A stretch of DNA of 64,000 nucleotides from Comamonadaceae bacterium (GCA_037139995.1 JBAXFI010000001.1:18381-82380), one strand, 5' to 3'. Positions 1 through 15,642 are shown, counted from the first letter of the stretch. Made by a program: numbers and translations. Notes: generated from the letters alone by a model not told the origin.

Positions 1-2837
<2,837 letters not shown>

Positions 2838-2979
2838 AGCCGCTATAATCCGTCTCGTTTCCGGTCTTGCTCACGCCCAGTCCATGCCGGGCTTGGGGCG
2901 GCCGGAAAATCTCTTTACCGCCATGCAGCAGTGTGGCGAGGTGCGGCGAAAGCTGTTAATTTATCTCTGGAGTGTCCAA

Positions 2980-3213
2980 ATGGCACGCGTATGTGAAGTC
3001 ACGGGCAAAGGCCCGATGGTCGGGAACAAGGTTTCCCACGCCAACAACAAAACCAAGCGCCGGTTCCTGCCGAACCTGCAATACCGCCGTTTCTGGGTCG
3101 AGTCTGAAAGTCGCTGGGTGCGTCTGCGGATTTCCAACGCAGGACTGCGTTTGATCGACAAGAACGGCATCGACTCCGTGCTCGCAGATTTGCGTTCACG
3201 TGGTCAAGCATAA
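2980..3213 (+). CDS. rpmB: 50S ribosomal protein L28
   Basis: [34 protein letters not shown]; GGAG upstream. Confidence 0.97.
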   Translation: MARVCEVTGKGPMVGNKVSHANNKTKRRFLPNLQYRRFWVESESRWVRLRISNAGLRLIDKNGIDSVLADLRSRGQA

Positions 3214-3224
3214 GGAGCACCATC

Positions 3225-3395
3225 ATGGCAACCAAAGGCGCACGCGAAAAAATCAAGCTTGAATCGACTGCTGGAACCGGTCACTTCTACACCACCAGCA
3301 AGAACAAGAAGACCATGCCCGAGAAAATGTTGATCAAGAAATTTGATCCAAAAGCTCGCAAGCACGTCGATTACAAAGAAATGAAACTGAAGTAA
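3225..3395 (+). CDS. rpmG: 50S ribosomal protein L33
   Basis: Below the ORF-track cutoff. [56 protein letters not shown]; SD TAAGGAG. Confidence 0.97.
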   Translation: MATKGAREKIKLESTAGTGHFYTTSKNKKTMPEKMLIKKFDPKARKHVDYKEMKLK

Positions 3396-3410
3396 TTCAG
3401 GACTTGCATG

Positions 3411-3441
3411 AAAAACCCGGCCAAGCAGCCGGGTTTTTTTT
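3411..3441 (+). terminator. Intrinsic terminator after rpmG, possibly bidirectional
   Basis: AAAAACCCGGC-CAAGCA-GCCGGGTTTTTTTT hairpin with a T-tract and an opposite A-tract. Confidence 0.9.
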
Positions 3442-3580
3442 CGTTAGGGGTTTAGGTCGCTGTGCGTGGTTGAACTGATGGAAGTGACCGCTGTGACAGT
3501 GGTGCAATCTATCGTTTTAGACACATACCCGACGGTGGACTTTCAGAACTGGTCGCTCCATAGCAGTCGCCGAAGAGGCC

Positions 3581-6500
3581 TCAACCTCGCTCTACGAACG
3601 CCTCAAACTCATCATTCGGCAGAGGTCTGCTGAACAAATAGCCCTGGAAGTTGTGACAGCCCAGGCCTGACAGGAATTGTCTCTGCGCCTCGGTCTCCAC
3701 GCCCTCTGGGATTACTGTTAACCGCAGACTCGCAGCAAGGGCGACTACCATCTTGGCGATAGCAGCGTCATTGGGGTTGATCAGAATGTCCCGCACAAAT
3801 CCTTGGTCGATCTTGAGTTGATCCAGGGGCAGCCGTTGCAGATATGCCAACGATGAATAGCCGGTGCCAAAGTCATCGAGCGAGAAGGTTACCCCCCTTT
3901 CCTGGAGGGCATTCATTTTGGCGATTACGTCCTCGATATCTTCCACGAGAACGCTCTCGGTCAGCTCCAGTTTGAGCCGATCTGGGTTGGCCTCTGTGCG
4001 CTCCAGTATCGTCAGCACCTGATCGACAAAGTCCTTCTGGTGAATTTGCCGTGCACTGACGTTCACTGCCACCGTCAGGTGTGCCATCCCGGGTTGACTG
4101 GCCCATCGCGCCAACTGATTGCAGGCTGTCTCCAGCACCCAGTTGCCAATCGGCAGGATCAGACCCGTTTCCTCGGCCATCGGGATGAACTCTGCAGGTG
4201 AGACCATCCCCCGCTCGGAATCGAGCCAGCGCAGCAATGCCTCGGCGCCTGTGATTTCACCCTTCGCCGTCACCTGCGCCTGGTAGTGCAGCACGAACTG
4301 ATCCTTCTCGACAGCCTCGCGCAGTCCAGACTCCATGGCAGTTCGGGAGGCGACAACGGCCTGCATCTGGGGATCAAAGAAGCGCACCATGTTGCGACCT
4401 TGGGCTTTGGCCTCGTACATGGCCGCATCGGCACACTTGAGGATTTCTTCAGGGTCAAGGCGCTGCTTGCCAAACAGAGCGATACCGATGCTGACTGTGC
4501 AATGATGTTCAATTGCGCCCCCGTTACCAATGTGAACGTCGTTTGGCAGCACATAGGGCGCTGCAAGTGCAGTGCGGACCTTCTCGGCAAGTTTGCGCGA
4601 CTGCTCTATCGAATCGGCTCTGTCTGCTGTCAACCCGCCGACGAGCACCACAAACTCGTCGCCACCAATGCGTGCCACTGTGTCCACGCCGCGAACACAT
4701 CGCGTGAGTCGATGAGCTACCTCTTTCAGGAGTGAGTCCCCCGCCGCATGGCCATGTTGGTCGTTCAGTGGTTTGAAATTGTCCAGGTCCATGAACATCA
4801 AGGCACCATAGCAGGAACTGCGTTGAACAGCTTCAACGGCCTGCGCCAAGCGGTCCAGCAAGAGCCTGCGATTGGGCAATGCTGTCAGTGGGTCGTAAAA
4901 GGCAAGCTGGCGCGTCGCTTCTTCCAGTGCTTTTTGGGCCGTAATTTCTTTGGCAGTTCCCTGAAAGGCAATCACCTGTCCAGCGTCATCCCTTACCGGC
5001 AATGCATTTGCATTGAACCAATGCCAGCTTCCGTCTATGTGGCGATGCCTGTACTCAATGTCTGTTTGCCCCTGCCCTGTGGAAAACAGCCGGTTCAGAG
5101 CCGCAAGGCAGATTGAAACGTCATCAGGATGAACAGTTGGCACAAATGAACAGCCGACAACTTCCTGCATTGGATGCCCAAGCAACCTAGTGAACGACGG
5201 TGAGACAAAAGTGTATATCCCCTCGGCATTGACCATAAAGATAATGTCGTGGCTGTTATCAATTAGGTGACGAAACTTTGCTTCACTGCTCACAAGTGCA
5301 GCCGTTCTCTCGGCTACGCGATTCTCCAGTGAGGCTGTCAACTCCTTGTTGGTACGAAATTGTCCAGATAGGGATACCGCCATTTCTTTGAAGCGTTCAA
5401 TAAGATTGTGGTGTTCTGTCAATGTGCTCTCAGGCCAGGCAGGTTGAAGACCAAGGCTCAAGTCGTTGGGCAATGTCTTTGTGAACCGAGCGAGTTGCTC
5501 GGTTCTTGCGACAACTTTGCGGCTCAGAAACTCTGCCAGTGCCAATGCAGTGAACAGCAAGACGAATAGCAGCGCCAATTCATTGGTGTACTGGGCGTAA
5601 AGTATCCTTTGAAATGGTGCAACTGGCTGCTCCAATATCACTCGCCATTCAGAAAGTCCACCTACTGGACTGTCTGCCACATAGAAGGAGGACTTCCATC
5701 GTTCTGAAATGGGGGTATTGGCTGGCAGCTTGGGTATCCACTGAGAGATGGACTCGTCCAGACGACTGAGGCTGCCAGCGCTGCGAACAAAGGGCTGCAT
5801 GATCTTCAGGTCATTATGGTTCGTGAGGATCACATTGCCATTGGTATCCAGCAGTGTGTAGAGCATCGTGCCACTCTGCGTATCCTTGTCCAAGAACTCC
5901 TTTACCTCATTGAGACTGAGAACACCGGCTACATACCCGTCATATACATTGTTTTTTACGATGGGCGCAAGCATGGAAACCACGGGCTTGCGCCTACCAA
6001 TTTGCCCCATGACCACTTCCGAGAGCATGGGCTTGAGCGTGCGCTGAAGGCGAGGAATGAAGGGGCGGTCGGCAAAATTCTTGCCGATGTTGGTGTTTCC
6101 AAGGTCATCAACGAGTGGAGAGTATGCTGTTGTGACAGCCTCCCTATTGAGCAGTCCGATGCGCAAGAAGTTGACATCGGAGTTATGCGCTTGCGCCAGT
6201 CTAGGCTGCATCTGTGTAGGAGTGAGCGTTACCGCCAGTGCTGCGAGGTTACCAATCGCTCTGGCTCGATTGCTCGACCAAACGTCAATACGGCTACTTA
6301 CCAATCGAGTATGCTGGACGAGGTCGTTCCGAATTTGGCTGTCAGTCTCTAGGAAGTCGGTATGACTTGAAACCATCAACAAGATCAATGCCGGGTAGAG
6401 CGCGAAGAACGACAAAAGGTTGTAGATGAGGTCGCGGTAAGCGATCTTGGCCGAGTTTGAAGCCAATGCGTACCCAGAGAACATAAGTCGCGCAAGCAGC

Positions 6501-6997
6501 GCATTGGCAACTCCATTCACAGCTTGCTTGGTCATTGAGATGGAGGTACTGCTCACCGGCACATCCATAACACCGTGGTAGAACACGTATACCAGTGGCA
6601 TTCCTATGACCAGCCAATAAATGGCATCGGCTAGTACCACTCCTATATTCTTGTGCCGCATCATCAAGCCAACTGCGCTCACTTCTAGCGTCATGATGAC
6701 GATGGCATAAGGATGGTTCCACAGGAAGTATGTGACAACGGCGGTTATGGCTCCCACCGCAATGCCGCTACCCAAACCCAATACTTGCAGCGCAATCATC
6801 ACAAAGATGCTGCCAAACAAAAAGTCGATGTTGAGGAAGATCGGATACTTGAAGTAGTTACCGATCAGGCCAAGTGCGATGAGACTCAGTAGCACCGAAG
6901 CTCTGACTTTCGCCGACCAATGCCTTGAGACAAGTGCGTCCACTGACCATTCTTCCTTGAAGACCATGCTTGGCAAGCAACCGCAAATCCCAGTCAA
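3581..6997 (-). CDS. Membrane-bound diguanylate cyclase/phosphodiesterase (multi-TM domain, Cache-like domain, PAS, GGDEF, EAL)
   Basis: ARIGGDEF with RxxD I-site, AEALLRW, LDDFGTGYSSL, EGVET; PAS VHPDD; hydrophobic N-terminus. Start codon uncertain. Confidence 0.92.
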   Translation of the reverse strand: MTGICGCLPSMVFKEEWSVDALVSRHWSAKVRASVLLSLIALGLIGNYFKYPIFLNIDFLFGSIFVMIALQVLGLGSGIAVGAITAVVTYFLWNHPYAIVIMTLEVSAVGLMMRHKNIGVVLADAIYWLVIGMPLVYVFYHGVMDVPVSSTSISMTKQAVNGVANALLARLMFSGYALASNSAKIAYRDLIYNLLSFFALYPALILLMVSSHTDFLETDSQIRNDLVQHTRLVSSRIDVWSSNRARAIGNLAALAVTLTPTQMQPRLAQAHNSDVNFLRIGLLNREAVTTAYSPLVDDLGNTNIGKNFADRPFIPRLQRTLKPMLSEVVMGQIGRRKPVVSMLAPIVKNNVYDGYVAGVLSLNEVKEFLDKDTQSGTMLYTLLDTNGNVILTNHNDLKIMQPFVRSAGSLSRLDESISQWIPKLPANTPISERWKSSFYVADSPVGGLSEWRVILEQPVAPFQRILYAQYTNELALLFVLLFTALALAEFLSRKVVARTEQLARFTKTLPNDLSLGLQPAWPESTLTEHHNLIERFKEMAVSLSGQFRTNKELTASLENRVAERTAALVSSEAKFRHLIDNSHDIIFMVNAEGIYTFVSPSFTRLLGHPMQEVVGCSFVPTVHPDDVSICLAALNRLFSTGQGQTDIEYRHRHIDGSWHWFNANALPVRDDAGQVIAFQGTAKEITAQKALEEATRQLAFYDPLTALPNRRLLLDRLAQAVEAVQRSSCYGALMFMDLDNFKPLNDQHGHAAGDSLLKEVAHRLTRCVRGVDTVARIGGDEFVVLVGGLTADRADSIEQSRKLAEKVRTALAAPYVLPNDVHIGNGGAIEHHCTVSIGIALFGKQRLDPEEILKCADAAMYEAKAQGRNMVRFFDPQMQAVVASRTAMESGLREAVEKDQFVLHYQAQVTAKGEITGAEALLRWLDSERGMVSPAEFIPMAEETGLILPIGNWVLETACNQLARWASQPGMAHLTVAVNVSARQIHQKDFVDQVLTILERTEANPDRLKLELTESVLVEDIEDVIAKMNALQERGVTFSLDDFGTGYSSLAYLQRLPLDQLKIDQGFVRDILINPNDAAIAKMVVALAASLRLTVIPEGVETEAQRQFLSGLGCHNFQGYLFSRPLPNDEFEAFVERG

Positions 6998-7365
6998 TCA
7001 CACTGCGTGCAAAGTTGGGCAGATGTGGACTGCCTCCATTCACAGTCGATCTGACAGATTTATAGCCGTTTGATGGAAAGTTTCATTGATTTGCGTCATG
7101 CTTGGATGACTGCTTGTGCATCCAAGAGAAGCTTACGAATTGCATGCGAGTGGCCATGCTTTGGACTGCCAGTAAGCTGACCGTGCCGAAGGGCTTGTAA
7201 CGCTGCACTGCCGGTCTAGGCTTTTCTCCAAACCTGACGCTCAGTCTTGGCGGTCTGCTTCGGAGAACGGTGGCTGGATCCAGAAGGCACGTTGCTGCCC
7301 ACAAATATTAGAACTACTTGCAAGCAAGTTAGTCTGCACTGAAACTTCGTGTTCTGGGCAATTAG

Positions 7366-8813
<1,448 letters not shown>

Positions 8814-8814
<1 letters not shown>

Positions 8815-9836
8815 TGATGGAAACCACCCCTATGACGATGATCCAGGCGCTGCGCTCGGCCATGGATGTGATGCTGGAGCGTGACGACAAGGTCGTTGTC
8901 TACGGCCAGGACGTTGGCTATTTTGGCGGCGTCTTTCGTTGCACCGAAGGTCTGCAGAAGAAGTACGGCACCTCGCGCGTTTTCGACGCGCCGATCTCCG
9001 AAGGCGGCATCGTCGGCACGGCAGTGGGCATGGGTGCCTACGGCCTGCGACCGGTGATCGAAATCCAGTTTGCAGATTACGTCTACCCGGCAACCGATCA
9101 GATCGTGTCGGAGGCAGCGCGGCTGCGCTACCGCTCGGTCGGCGATTTCACGGCACCGATCACGATCCGCATGCCCTGTGGTGGCGGCATTTACGGCGGC
9201 CAGACGCACAGCCAGAGCCCGGAATCCGTGTTCACCCAGGTCTGCGGTCTGCGCACCGTGATGCCATCGAATCCCTACGATGCCAAGGGTTTGCTGATTG
9301 CCTCGATCGAAAATGACGACCCGGTCATCTTTCTGGAGCCAAAGCGCCTCTACAACGGACCGTTTGATGGCCACCACGACAAGCCGGTGGTGCCCTGGTC
9401 CAAGCACCCTATGGGCAATGTGCCCGAGGGCTATTACACGGTTCCACTGGACAGCGCAGCAGTATTCAGACCGGGCGCGGCGCTGACGGTGATTACCTAC
9501 GGCACCATGGTTTTTGTGGCCGAGGCCGCCGCCAACGAGACCGGCATCGATGCCGAGATCATCGACCTGCGCTCGATCTGGCCACTTGATCTGGAAACCA
9601 TCGTCAACTCCGTCAAGAAGACCGGGCGCTGCATCGTACTTCACGAGGCAACACGCACCAGCGGCTTCGGCGCGGAGTTGGTGTCACTGATCCAGGAGCA
9701 TTGCTTTTATCACCTGGAAGCACCGATCGAGCGCGTGACCGGCTGGGACACCCCTTACCCGCACGCCCAGGAATGGGCTTACTTTCCCGGACCGGCGCGT
9801 GTCGGCGCTGCGTTCAAACGCACGATGGAGGCATGA
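8814..9836 (+). CDS. bkdA2: Branched-chain 2-oxoacid dehydrogenase E1 beta
   Basis: GQDVGYFGGVFR, EIQFADY, GGQTHSQSPE; overlaps the bkdA1 stop. Confidence 0.95.
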
Positions 9837-11131
9837 TGGGAATTCACACAATCAAGATGCCTGACATTGGCGAAGGCATTGCCGAAGTCGAGCTGGTGGC
9901 TTGGTACGTCAAGGTCGGCGACCTGATCGCCGAAGACCAGATTCTGGCCGATGTCATGACCGACAAGGCCACCGTCGAGATTCCGTCACCGGTGGCTGGC
10001 AAGGTTCTCACGCTGGGCGGCGCGGTAGGTCAGGTGATGGCCGTCGGTTCCGACCTGATTCAGATCGAAGTCGAAGGCACTGGAACGCCAGTGGCTAAAG
10101 TGGCACCAGCGAGCGCCCCGAAAACAGCAGCGCGAACGGTAGCGACAGAACCCGCAGCGGCCAAAGTCGCAGCCCCGGCCACCACAGCACCGCCGCCTGA
10201 ACAGCGCCAACCGAGCGCCGCACCGGCCACCGTTCATGCGCGCGCCAGTGGCGACAAACCGATCGCCTCACCCGCTGTACGACGCCGCGCCTGGGACCTC
10301 GGAATTGAACTGCAATTTGTGCCAGGCACGGGAGCGGCCGGTCGCATCACGCAGCAGGACCTGGACGATTACGCAGGCCGCGCCGGACAGGCGGCCAGCG
10401 CGGCGCAAGCCGACCGGCGCTACGCCCAGCGCAGCGCCGAAGAAGCGATTCCGGTGATTGGCCTGCGGCGCAAGATTGCGCAGAAGATGCAGGAGGCCAA
10501 ACGCCGTATTCCGCACTTCACTTACGTCGAAGAGATCGACGTGACCGAGCTTGAAGCCCTGCGCACGCGCCTGAACGCCAAGTACGGCAGCAAGCGCCCT
10601 CGCCTGACGCTGATGCCTTTTTTGGTGCGCGCAGTGGTGCTGGCAGTCAGGGAGTTTCCGCAGGTCAACGCGCGCTACGACGACGATGCCGCCGTGGTAA
10701 CGCGGTATGAGGCAGTGCACTTGGGCGTGGCAACGCAGACCGATGGTGGCCTGATGGTGCCCGTCATGCGCCATGCCGAAACGCACGACCTCTGGGCCTG
10801 CGCCGCCGAGGTACTGCGCCTGAGCGAGGCGGCGCGCGCCGGCAAAGCGACGCGCGAGGAACTGACGGGATCGACCATCACCATCACCAGCCTGGGTGCG
10901 CTGGGTGGCATTGTCAGCACACCGGTCATCAACCACCCCGAGGTGGCCATCGTGGGCGTGAACCGCATGGTCGAGCGACCCATGATCCGCAATGGCGCGG
11001 TGGTGGCGCGGCAGATGATGAACCTGTCTTCCTCTTTCGACCACCGCGTGGTGGACGGCATGCACGGCGCCGAGTTTGTCCAGTTGCTGCGCGGCTATCT
11101 CGAATGCCCGGCAACCTTGTTCGTGGAGTAA
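9833..11131 (+). CDS. bkdB: Dihydrolipoamide acyltransferase E2
   Basis: Lipoyl domain MTDKATVE, Ala/Pro linker, ASPAVRRRA E3-binding domain, DHRVVDG catalytic motif. Confidence 0.95.
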   Translation: MMGIHTIKMPDIGEGIAEVELVAWYVKVGDLIAEDQILADVMTDKATVEIPSPVAGKVLTLGGAVGQVMAVGSDLIQIEVEGTGTPVAKVAPASAPKTAARTVATEPAAAKVAAPATTAPPPEQRQPSAAPATVHARASGDKPIASPAVRRRAWDLGIELQFVPGTGAAGRITQQDLDDYAGRAGQAASAAQADRRYAQRSAEEAIPVIGLRRKIAQKMQEAKRRIPHFTYVEEIDVTELEALRTRLNAKYGSKRPRLTLMPFLVRAVVLAVREFPQVNARYDDDAAVVTRYEAVHLGVATQTDGGLMVPVMRHAETHDLWACAAEVLRLSEAARAGKATREELTGSTITITSLGALGGIVSTPVINHPEVAIVGVNRMVERPMIRNGAVVARQMMNLSSSFDHRVVDGMHGAEFVQLLRGYLECPATLFVE

Positions 11132-11134
11132 ACC

Positions 11135-12535
11135 ATGGAGACACTGCAAACCACACTGCTCATCGTTGGTGGCGGGCCTGGCGGCTATGTGGCGGCCATT
11201 CGTGCCGGACAACTCGGTATCGCCACCACGCTGATCGAGGGCGACCAACTCGGCGGCACCTGTCTGAACATTGGCTGCATTCCGTCCAAGGCACTGATCC
11301 ATGCCGCCGAGGCGTTTCACCAAACCTGTCACTACGCGGGCAAATCGCCCCTGGGTATCCAGGTTGACGCGCCGCGCATCGACCTGAAGCAGACTGTGCG
11401 CTGGAAAGACGGCATCGTCAGGCGTCTGACGCAGGGTGTGGCAGCGCTGCTCAAGAAGAACGGCGTCACCGTCATCAAGGGCTGGGCGCGTGTCGTCGAC
11501 GGCAAGACAGTCGAGGTGCAGCCAGCCAATGCCGCAGCAGCGCAACGCATCGTTTGCGAGCACCTGCTGCTGGCGACCGGCTCCAGCGAAGTCGCCCTGC
11601 CGGGACTACCGTTCGGCGGACGCGTCATCTCCTCGACACAGGCGCTGTCACCGGCCGCGCTGCCAAAACGCCTGGTGGTGGTCGGCGCCGGCTATATCGG
11701 CCTCGAACTCGGGATCGTCTACCGCAAGCTCGGCGCCGCAGTGACCGTGGTGGAAGCGCTGGAGCGCATCCTGCCGATCTACGACGAGGAACTGGTGAAG
11801 CCGGTCGCGGCATCGCTGCGCAAACTCGGCGTGCAAGTGCTGCTGGACTGCAAGGTGCAGGGGCTCAACGCCACTGGCGACGCGGTGCAGGTCAGCAACG
11901 CGAAGGGTGAGATCTCGGAACTGCCGGCCGATCAGGTGTTGGTGGCCATTGGCCGCACACCGCGCAGCCAGGGCTTTGGCCTGGAGTCCCTGCTGCTCGA
12001 CATGAACGGACGCGCCGTGAAGATCGACGATCAGTGCCGCACTTCGATGCGCAATGTATGGGCAATTGGAGATTTGGCGGGTGAACCGATGCTCGCGCAC
12101 CGTGCCATGGCGCAAGGCGAGATGGTGGCCGAAATCATTGCCGGCAAGCGGCGTCGCTTTGCACCGGCGGCGATTGCGGCGGTCTGCTTTACCGACCCTG
12201 AAATTGTGGTGGCGGGCCAGATGCCGCAGCAGGCGGCGCTGGCTAGTCTGGACTGCATCCAGGCCAGTTTCCCGTTCGCTGCCAACGGACGCGCCATGAC
12301 GCTGGAAGCCAGCGACGGTTTTGTGCGCGTGGTGGCGCGGCGCGACAACCACCGGATCGTCGGCTGGCAAGCGGTGGGGGTCGGGGTCTCCGAACTGAGC
12401 ACAGCGTTCTCACATTCGCTGGAAATGGGTGCCTGCCTGGAAGACGTTGCAGCCACCATCCATGCGCACCCGACGCTGGGTGAAGCAGTGCAGGAAGCAG
12501 CACTGCGGGCGCTCGGCCACGCCTTGCACATCTAG
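11135..12535 (+). CDS. lpdV: Dihydrolipoamide dehydrogenase E3
   Basis: [28 protein letters not shown]; last gene of the bkd operon. Confidence 0.93.
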   Translation: METLQTTLLIVGGGPGGYVAAIRAGQLGIATTLIEGDQLGGTCLNIGCIPSKALIHAAEAFHQTCHYAGKSPLGIQVDAPRIDLKQTVRWKDGIVRRLTQGVAALLKKNGVTVIKGWARVVDGKTVEVQPANAAAAQRIVCEHLLLATGSSEVALPGLPFGGRVISSTQALSPAALPKRLVVVGAGYIGLELGIVYRKLGAAVTVVEALERILPIYDEELVKPVAASLRKLGVQVLLDCKVQGLNATGDAVQVSNAKGEISELPADQVLVAIGRTPRSQGFGLESLLLDMNGRAVKIDDQCRTSMRNVWAIGDLAGEPMLAHRAMAQGEMVAEIIAGKRRRFAPAAIAAVCFTDPEIVVAGQMPQQAALASLDCIQASFPFAANGRAMTLEASDGFVRVVARRDNHRIVGWQAVGVGVSELSTAFSHSLEMGACLEDVAATIHAHPTLGEAVQEAALRALGHALHI

Positions 12536-12559
12536 GCAGCTGAACGGCAGATTTCGATC

Positions 12560-13633
12560 TCAGACCGCCAGCCTGGGCGGCTGGTAGGTTGCGACGCAGT
12601 TGCGACCGCGGTTCTTCGCCTCATAGCAGGCACTGTCAGCGGCCCGCAGCACGGTCTCCAGCGTAATCAGGTCTGGTGTCACGGCAGCCACGCCGATGCT
12701 GGCTCCGACGCTGTATTCCTTGCCATCCTGAAACAGACGCCAAACCTCGACCGCAGAGCGAATCTGCTCCGCGACCTCCTGCGCACGCGTGAGTGAACAC
12801 CCGGGTAACAGCACGGCAAACTCGTCGCCGCCGAGTCTGCACACCGTATCGCTGGTTCGCACTTTCGACTCCAGCAGGCGCGAAACCTGACGCAGCACCT
12901 CATCTCCGGTGGCGTGACCCCCGATGTCGTTGACGGCCTTGAATCGATCCAGATCGATGAACAGGACACACAGCCTGCGGCCATTGAACGGCGTCATGGC
13001 CTGCGCCAGACGTGATTCGAATTCACGTCGGTTCACCAGTTGCGTCAGACTATCGTGGGTCGCACTCCAGGACAGTCGGTCGCGCATCAAGCGGGCGTCG
13101 GTGATATCTTCCATGATCCAGATGGTGCCACCGGCCGGGTCACCGGGAACCACACCTCGCGCGAGCATATGGGTCCAGAACTCGCTGCCATCCTTGCGCC
13201 GCATCAGCTGTTCACCGTCGTAATGGCCTTGATCCCTGAAGGCATTGCGCACGCGCGCGCCAAATTCCGCATAGGACTCATCAGATTGGTGAATGATGCG
13301 AGTGGAACGGCCCAGCAATTCATCCTCGGTGTAGCCATACATGGCGCAGGCGTGGCGCCCCAGAAGTTCGAAGCAACTGCTGCGAGTGATGGCGATTCCA
13401 ACGGAAGCATGGTCGAGAATCGATCGCAACTGAGCGACCATCAACTGTTGGGAACGGGTCTGCTGTTCGTGAACCAGCGTCACATCGCGCAACGTGGTAA
13501 CCAGCTCACCGATTTCGCCCTGAACTTCGGGCCATCCCTCGCCGGCAGCCACACCGCCCTGGAGTTGTTGTTCAACACGTCCTTGCAAACGTTTGATGAT
13601 GTCTGAACTCATGTCGGCCAAGTGTAGCCCCAC
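12560..13633 (-). CDS. PAS-GGDEF diguanylate cyclase, possibly N-terminally truncated
   Basis: RRKDGSEFW PAS/PAC, HDSLTQLVNRR, DLDRFKAVND, RTSD I-site, RLGGDEF. Confidence 0.88.
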   Translation of the reverse strand: MGLHLADMSSDIIKRLQGRVEQQLQGGVAAGEGWPEVQGEIGELVTTLRDVTLVHEQQTRSQQLMVAQLRSILDHASVGIAITRSSCFELLGRHACAMYGYTEDELLGRSTRIIHQSDESYAEFGARVRNAFRDQGHYDGEQLMRRKDGSEFWTHMLARGVVPGDPAGGTIWIMEDITDARLMRDRLSWSATHDSLTQLVNRREFESRLAQAMTPFNGRRLCVLFIDLDRFKAVNDIGGHATGDEVLRQVSRLLESKVRTSDTVCRLGGDEFAVLLPGCSLTRAQEVAEQIRSAVEVWRLFQDGKEYSVGASIGVAAVTPDLITLETVLRAADSACYEAKNRGRNCVATYQPPRLAV

Positions 13634-13636
13634 TGA

Positions 13637-14260
13637 TCAGACTCCCGCAAGTGTCCGAAGACCTCCTGGATCAACCACATTGACCAGTCGCCCTGAGCCG
13701 CTGATGAGGCTGCGCTCGCGCAAATGGCGCAACACCCTGGACAGGGTTTCCGGGGCTATGCCGAGCTGCGCCGCAATCGAGCGCTTGCGCTGTTGCAACT
13801 GCACCGCCATCAGGCCCTTGTCGCCAGTCTGCGCGTGACGCAGCAACCACTCGGCGCAGCGCGCCTCGGCATCCTTGGCCAGACGGCTGACCGAAAACTC
13901 GGTTTGCTGCCGATGCGCCATCGCCACATCATGCAGAACCGCCTGCGCTGAGGGTGACATGGCCGCCAGCGACCGATGAAAATCGGCTATCGGTACCTGA
14001 CGAAGAGAAATATCGGTTTCGGACACCGCATCCACCGCATGGGGCAGGCCCAGGACTGCAGAGCTGGCATCGAGCCAGCACGGCCCCTCCACGACACCCA
14101 GCTGATGCTCCATGACGGCCCCTTCCATGATGCCCAGGGCAATCCGGCCGGACTCGATATACGTAACCCAGCGTGAAGTCTCGGTCCGCGTGAGCAATCG
14201 CTCGCCCCGCGCAAGAACCCGTGTTTCAGCAGGCAGTTCAATAATTTCAGCGGCTAGCAT
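13637..14260 (-). CDS. Crp/Fnr family transcriptional regulator
   Basis: cNMP-binding-like N-terminus; HTH IAAQLGIAPETLSRVL; no FNR-type N-terminal Cys cluster. Confidence 0.9.
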   Translation of the reverse strand: MLAAEIIELPAETRVLARGERLLTRTETSRWVTYIESGRIALGIMEGAVMEHQLGVVEGPCWLDASSAVLGLPHAVDAVSETDISLRQVPIADFHRSLAAMSPSAQAVLHDVAMAHRQQTEFSVSRLAKDAEARCAEWLLRHAQTGDKGLMAVQLQQRKRSIAAQLGIAPETLSRVLRHLRERSLISGSGRLVNVVDPGGLRTLAGV

Positions 14261-14295
14261 GGATGCGACTGTGCCGCGCTTGAGCCCTCCAGACC

Positions 14296-14309
14296 TTGAG
14301 CAAAATCAA
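14296..14309 (-). promoter_or_regulatory. FNR/DNR-type box (class II position) upstream of the Crp/Fnr gene
   Basis: TTGAT-TTTG-CTCAA on the minus strand, centred about 42 nt upstream of the ATG at 14260; CACAGT -10-like hexamer at 14273-14268. Confidence 0.65.
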
Positions 14310-14328
14310 ACAATCTTGAGTAAAAGTC

Positions 14329-15642
14329 TCACAAGACCAGCAAAGCTCGGAAATCGTTGACATTGGTGAAAGTCGGACCCGTCGTCACCAGATCATCCAG
14401 GGCAGAAAAATACCCGTAGGCATCGTTGCGCTCAAGGAAATCCTCGATTTTCATTCCTACTGCCAAGGCCCGAGTCAGCGTTGCCGGCTCGACCCGGGCA
14501 CCGGCGTTGCTTTCCAGGCCGTCGATGCCATCCGTATCGGCTGCCAGCGCCCAGACATTGGGCTGCCCCTGCAGAGCCTGGGCGAGCCCCAGGCAGAACT
14601 CGCCAGCCCGCCCACCCCGACCGCGCGCGCTGCCGGGTGCTGGGGTACGCACCGTCACCGTGGTTTCACCACCGCTGAGGATCACGCAGGGCCGCTGGAA
14701 GGGCTCCCCCTGGTTCGCAACAAAGCGCGCCAGCGCGGCGTGAACCTTGCCCACCTCGCGAGATTCGCCTTCCATCTCGTCGCTCAGGATATAGGCCGAC
14801 AAGCCGGCCTGGCGCGCCGCTTGGGCGGCTGCCTGCAAAGACTGGCCGGGCGTGGCGATCAGATGCAGTTCGGTCTGGTCAAATTCAGGGGCCCCGGGCT
14901 TGGGCGTCTCCAGCGAGCCACTGCGCAGCGCATCCATCAACGCATGTGGCAGCGCAATGCCGAATCGCTTCAGGATCGACAGCGCATCGGCACAAGTGCT
15001 GGCGTCGGGAACGGTGGGCCCGCTGGCAATGACAGAGGGCTCGTCGCCCGGCACGTCGCTGATGGCCAGCGTCACCACCCTCGCCGGGGCACAGGCCAGT
15101 GCCAGCCGTCCACCCTTGACACCGGAGAGGTGCTTGCGCACGCAATTCATCTCGGCGATGGTCGCGCCCGAATGGAGCAACTCCTTGTTGATGCGCTGCT
15201 TGTCCTGCAGCGTCAAGCCTTCGGCCGGCAAGCTGAGCAGAGCCGAGCCGCCACCCGAGATCAGGCACAGCACCAGATCGTCCTCGGTCAAGCCGCGGGT
15301 CAGCTCCATGACGCGCTGGGCCGCGGCGATGCCCGCGGCATCAGGCACCGGGTGCGCTGCCTGCAGCACTTCAATGCGCTGTGCCAGCCCCACCGGGCGC
15401 GGCGGGATATGCTCGTAGCGAGTCACCACCAGACCGGACAAGGCCGCGTCAGCCGGCCAGTGGGCTTCCACGGCCTGCGCCATGGCGCCAGCAGCCTTGC
15501 CGGCCCCGAGCACCAGGGTTCTTCCTTTGGGTGGCGCTGGCAAAAAAGCAGCTGTGCTATGCCAGGGCAAAGCCCGCTTTACTGCCACCTCATAAAGGTG
15601 TCGCAAAAACTGCGCTGGCTGCAGGAGCGGGTCCGGTGCCAT
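14329..15642 (-). CDS. ttuD: Glycerate kinase, MOFRL/TtuD family
   Basis: GAGKAA, ISGGGSAL, SDVPGD, SGGETTV, DTDGIDG, TGPTFTNVND. Confidence 0.9.
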   Translation of the reverse strand: MAPDPLLQPAQFLRHLYEVAVKRALPWHSTAAFLPAPPKGRTLVLGAGKAAGAMAQAVEAHWPADAALSGLVVTRYEHIPPRPVGLAQRIEVLQAAHPVPDAAGIAAAQRVMELTRGLTEDDLVLCLISGGGSALLSLPAEGLTLQDKQRINKELLHSGATIAEMNCVRKHLSGVKGGRLALACAPARVVTLAISDVPGDEPSVIASGPTVPDASTCADALSILKRFGIALPHALMDALRSGSLETPKPGAPEFDQTELHLIATPGQSLQAAAQAARQAGLSAYILSDEMEGESREVGKVHAALARFVANQGEPFQRPCVILSGGETTVTVRTPAPGSARGRGGRAGEFCLGLAQALQGQPNVWALAADTDGIDGLESNAGARVEPATLTRALAVGMKIEDFLERNDAYGYFSALDDLVTTGPTFTNVNDFRALLVL

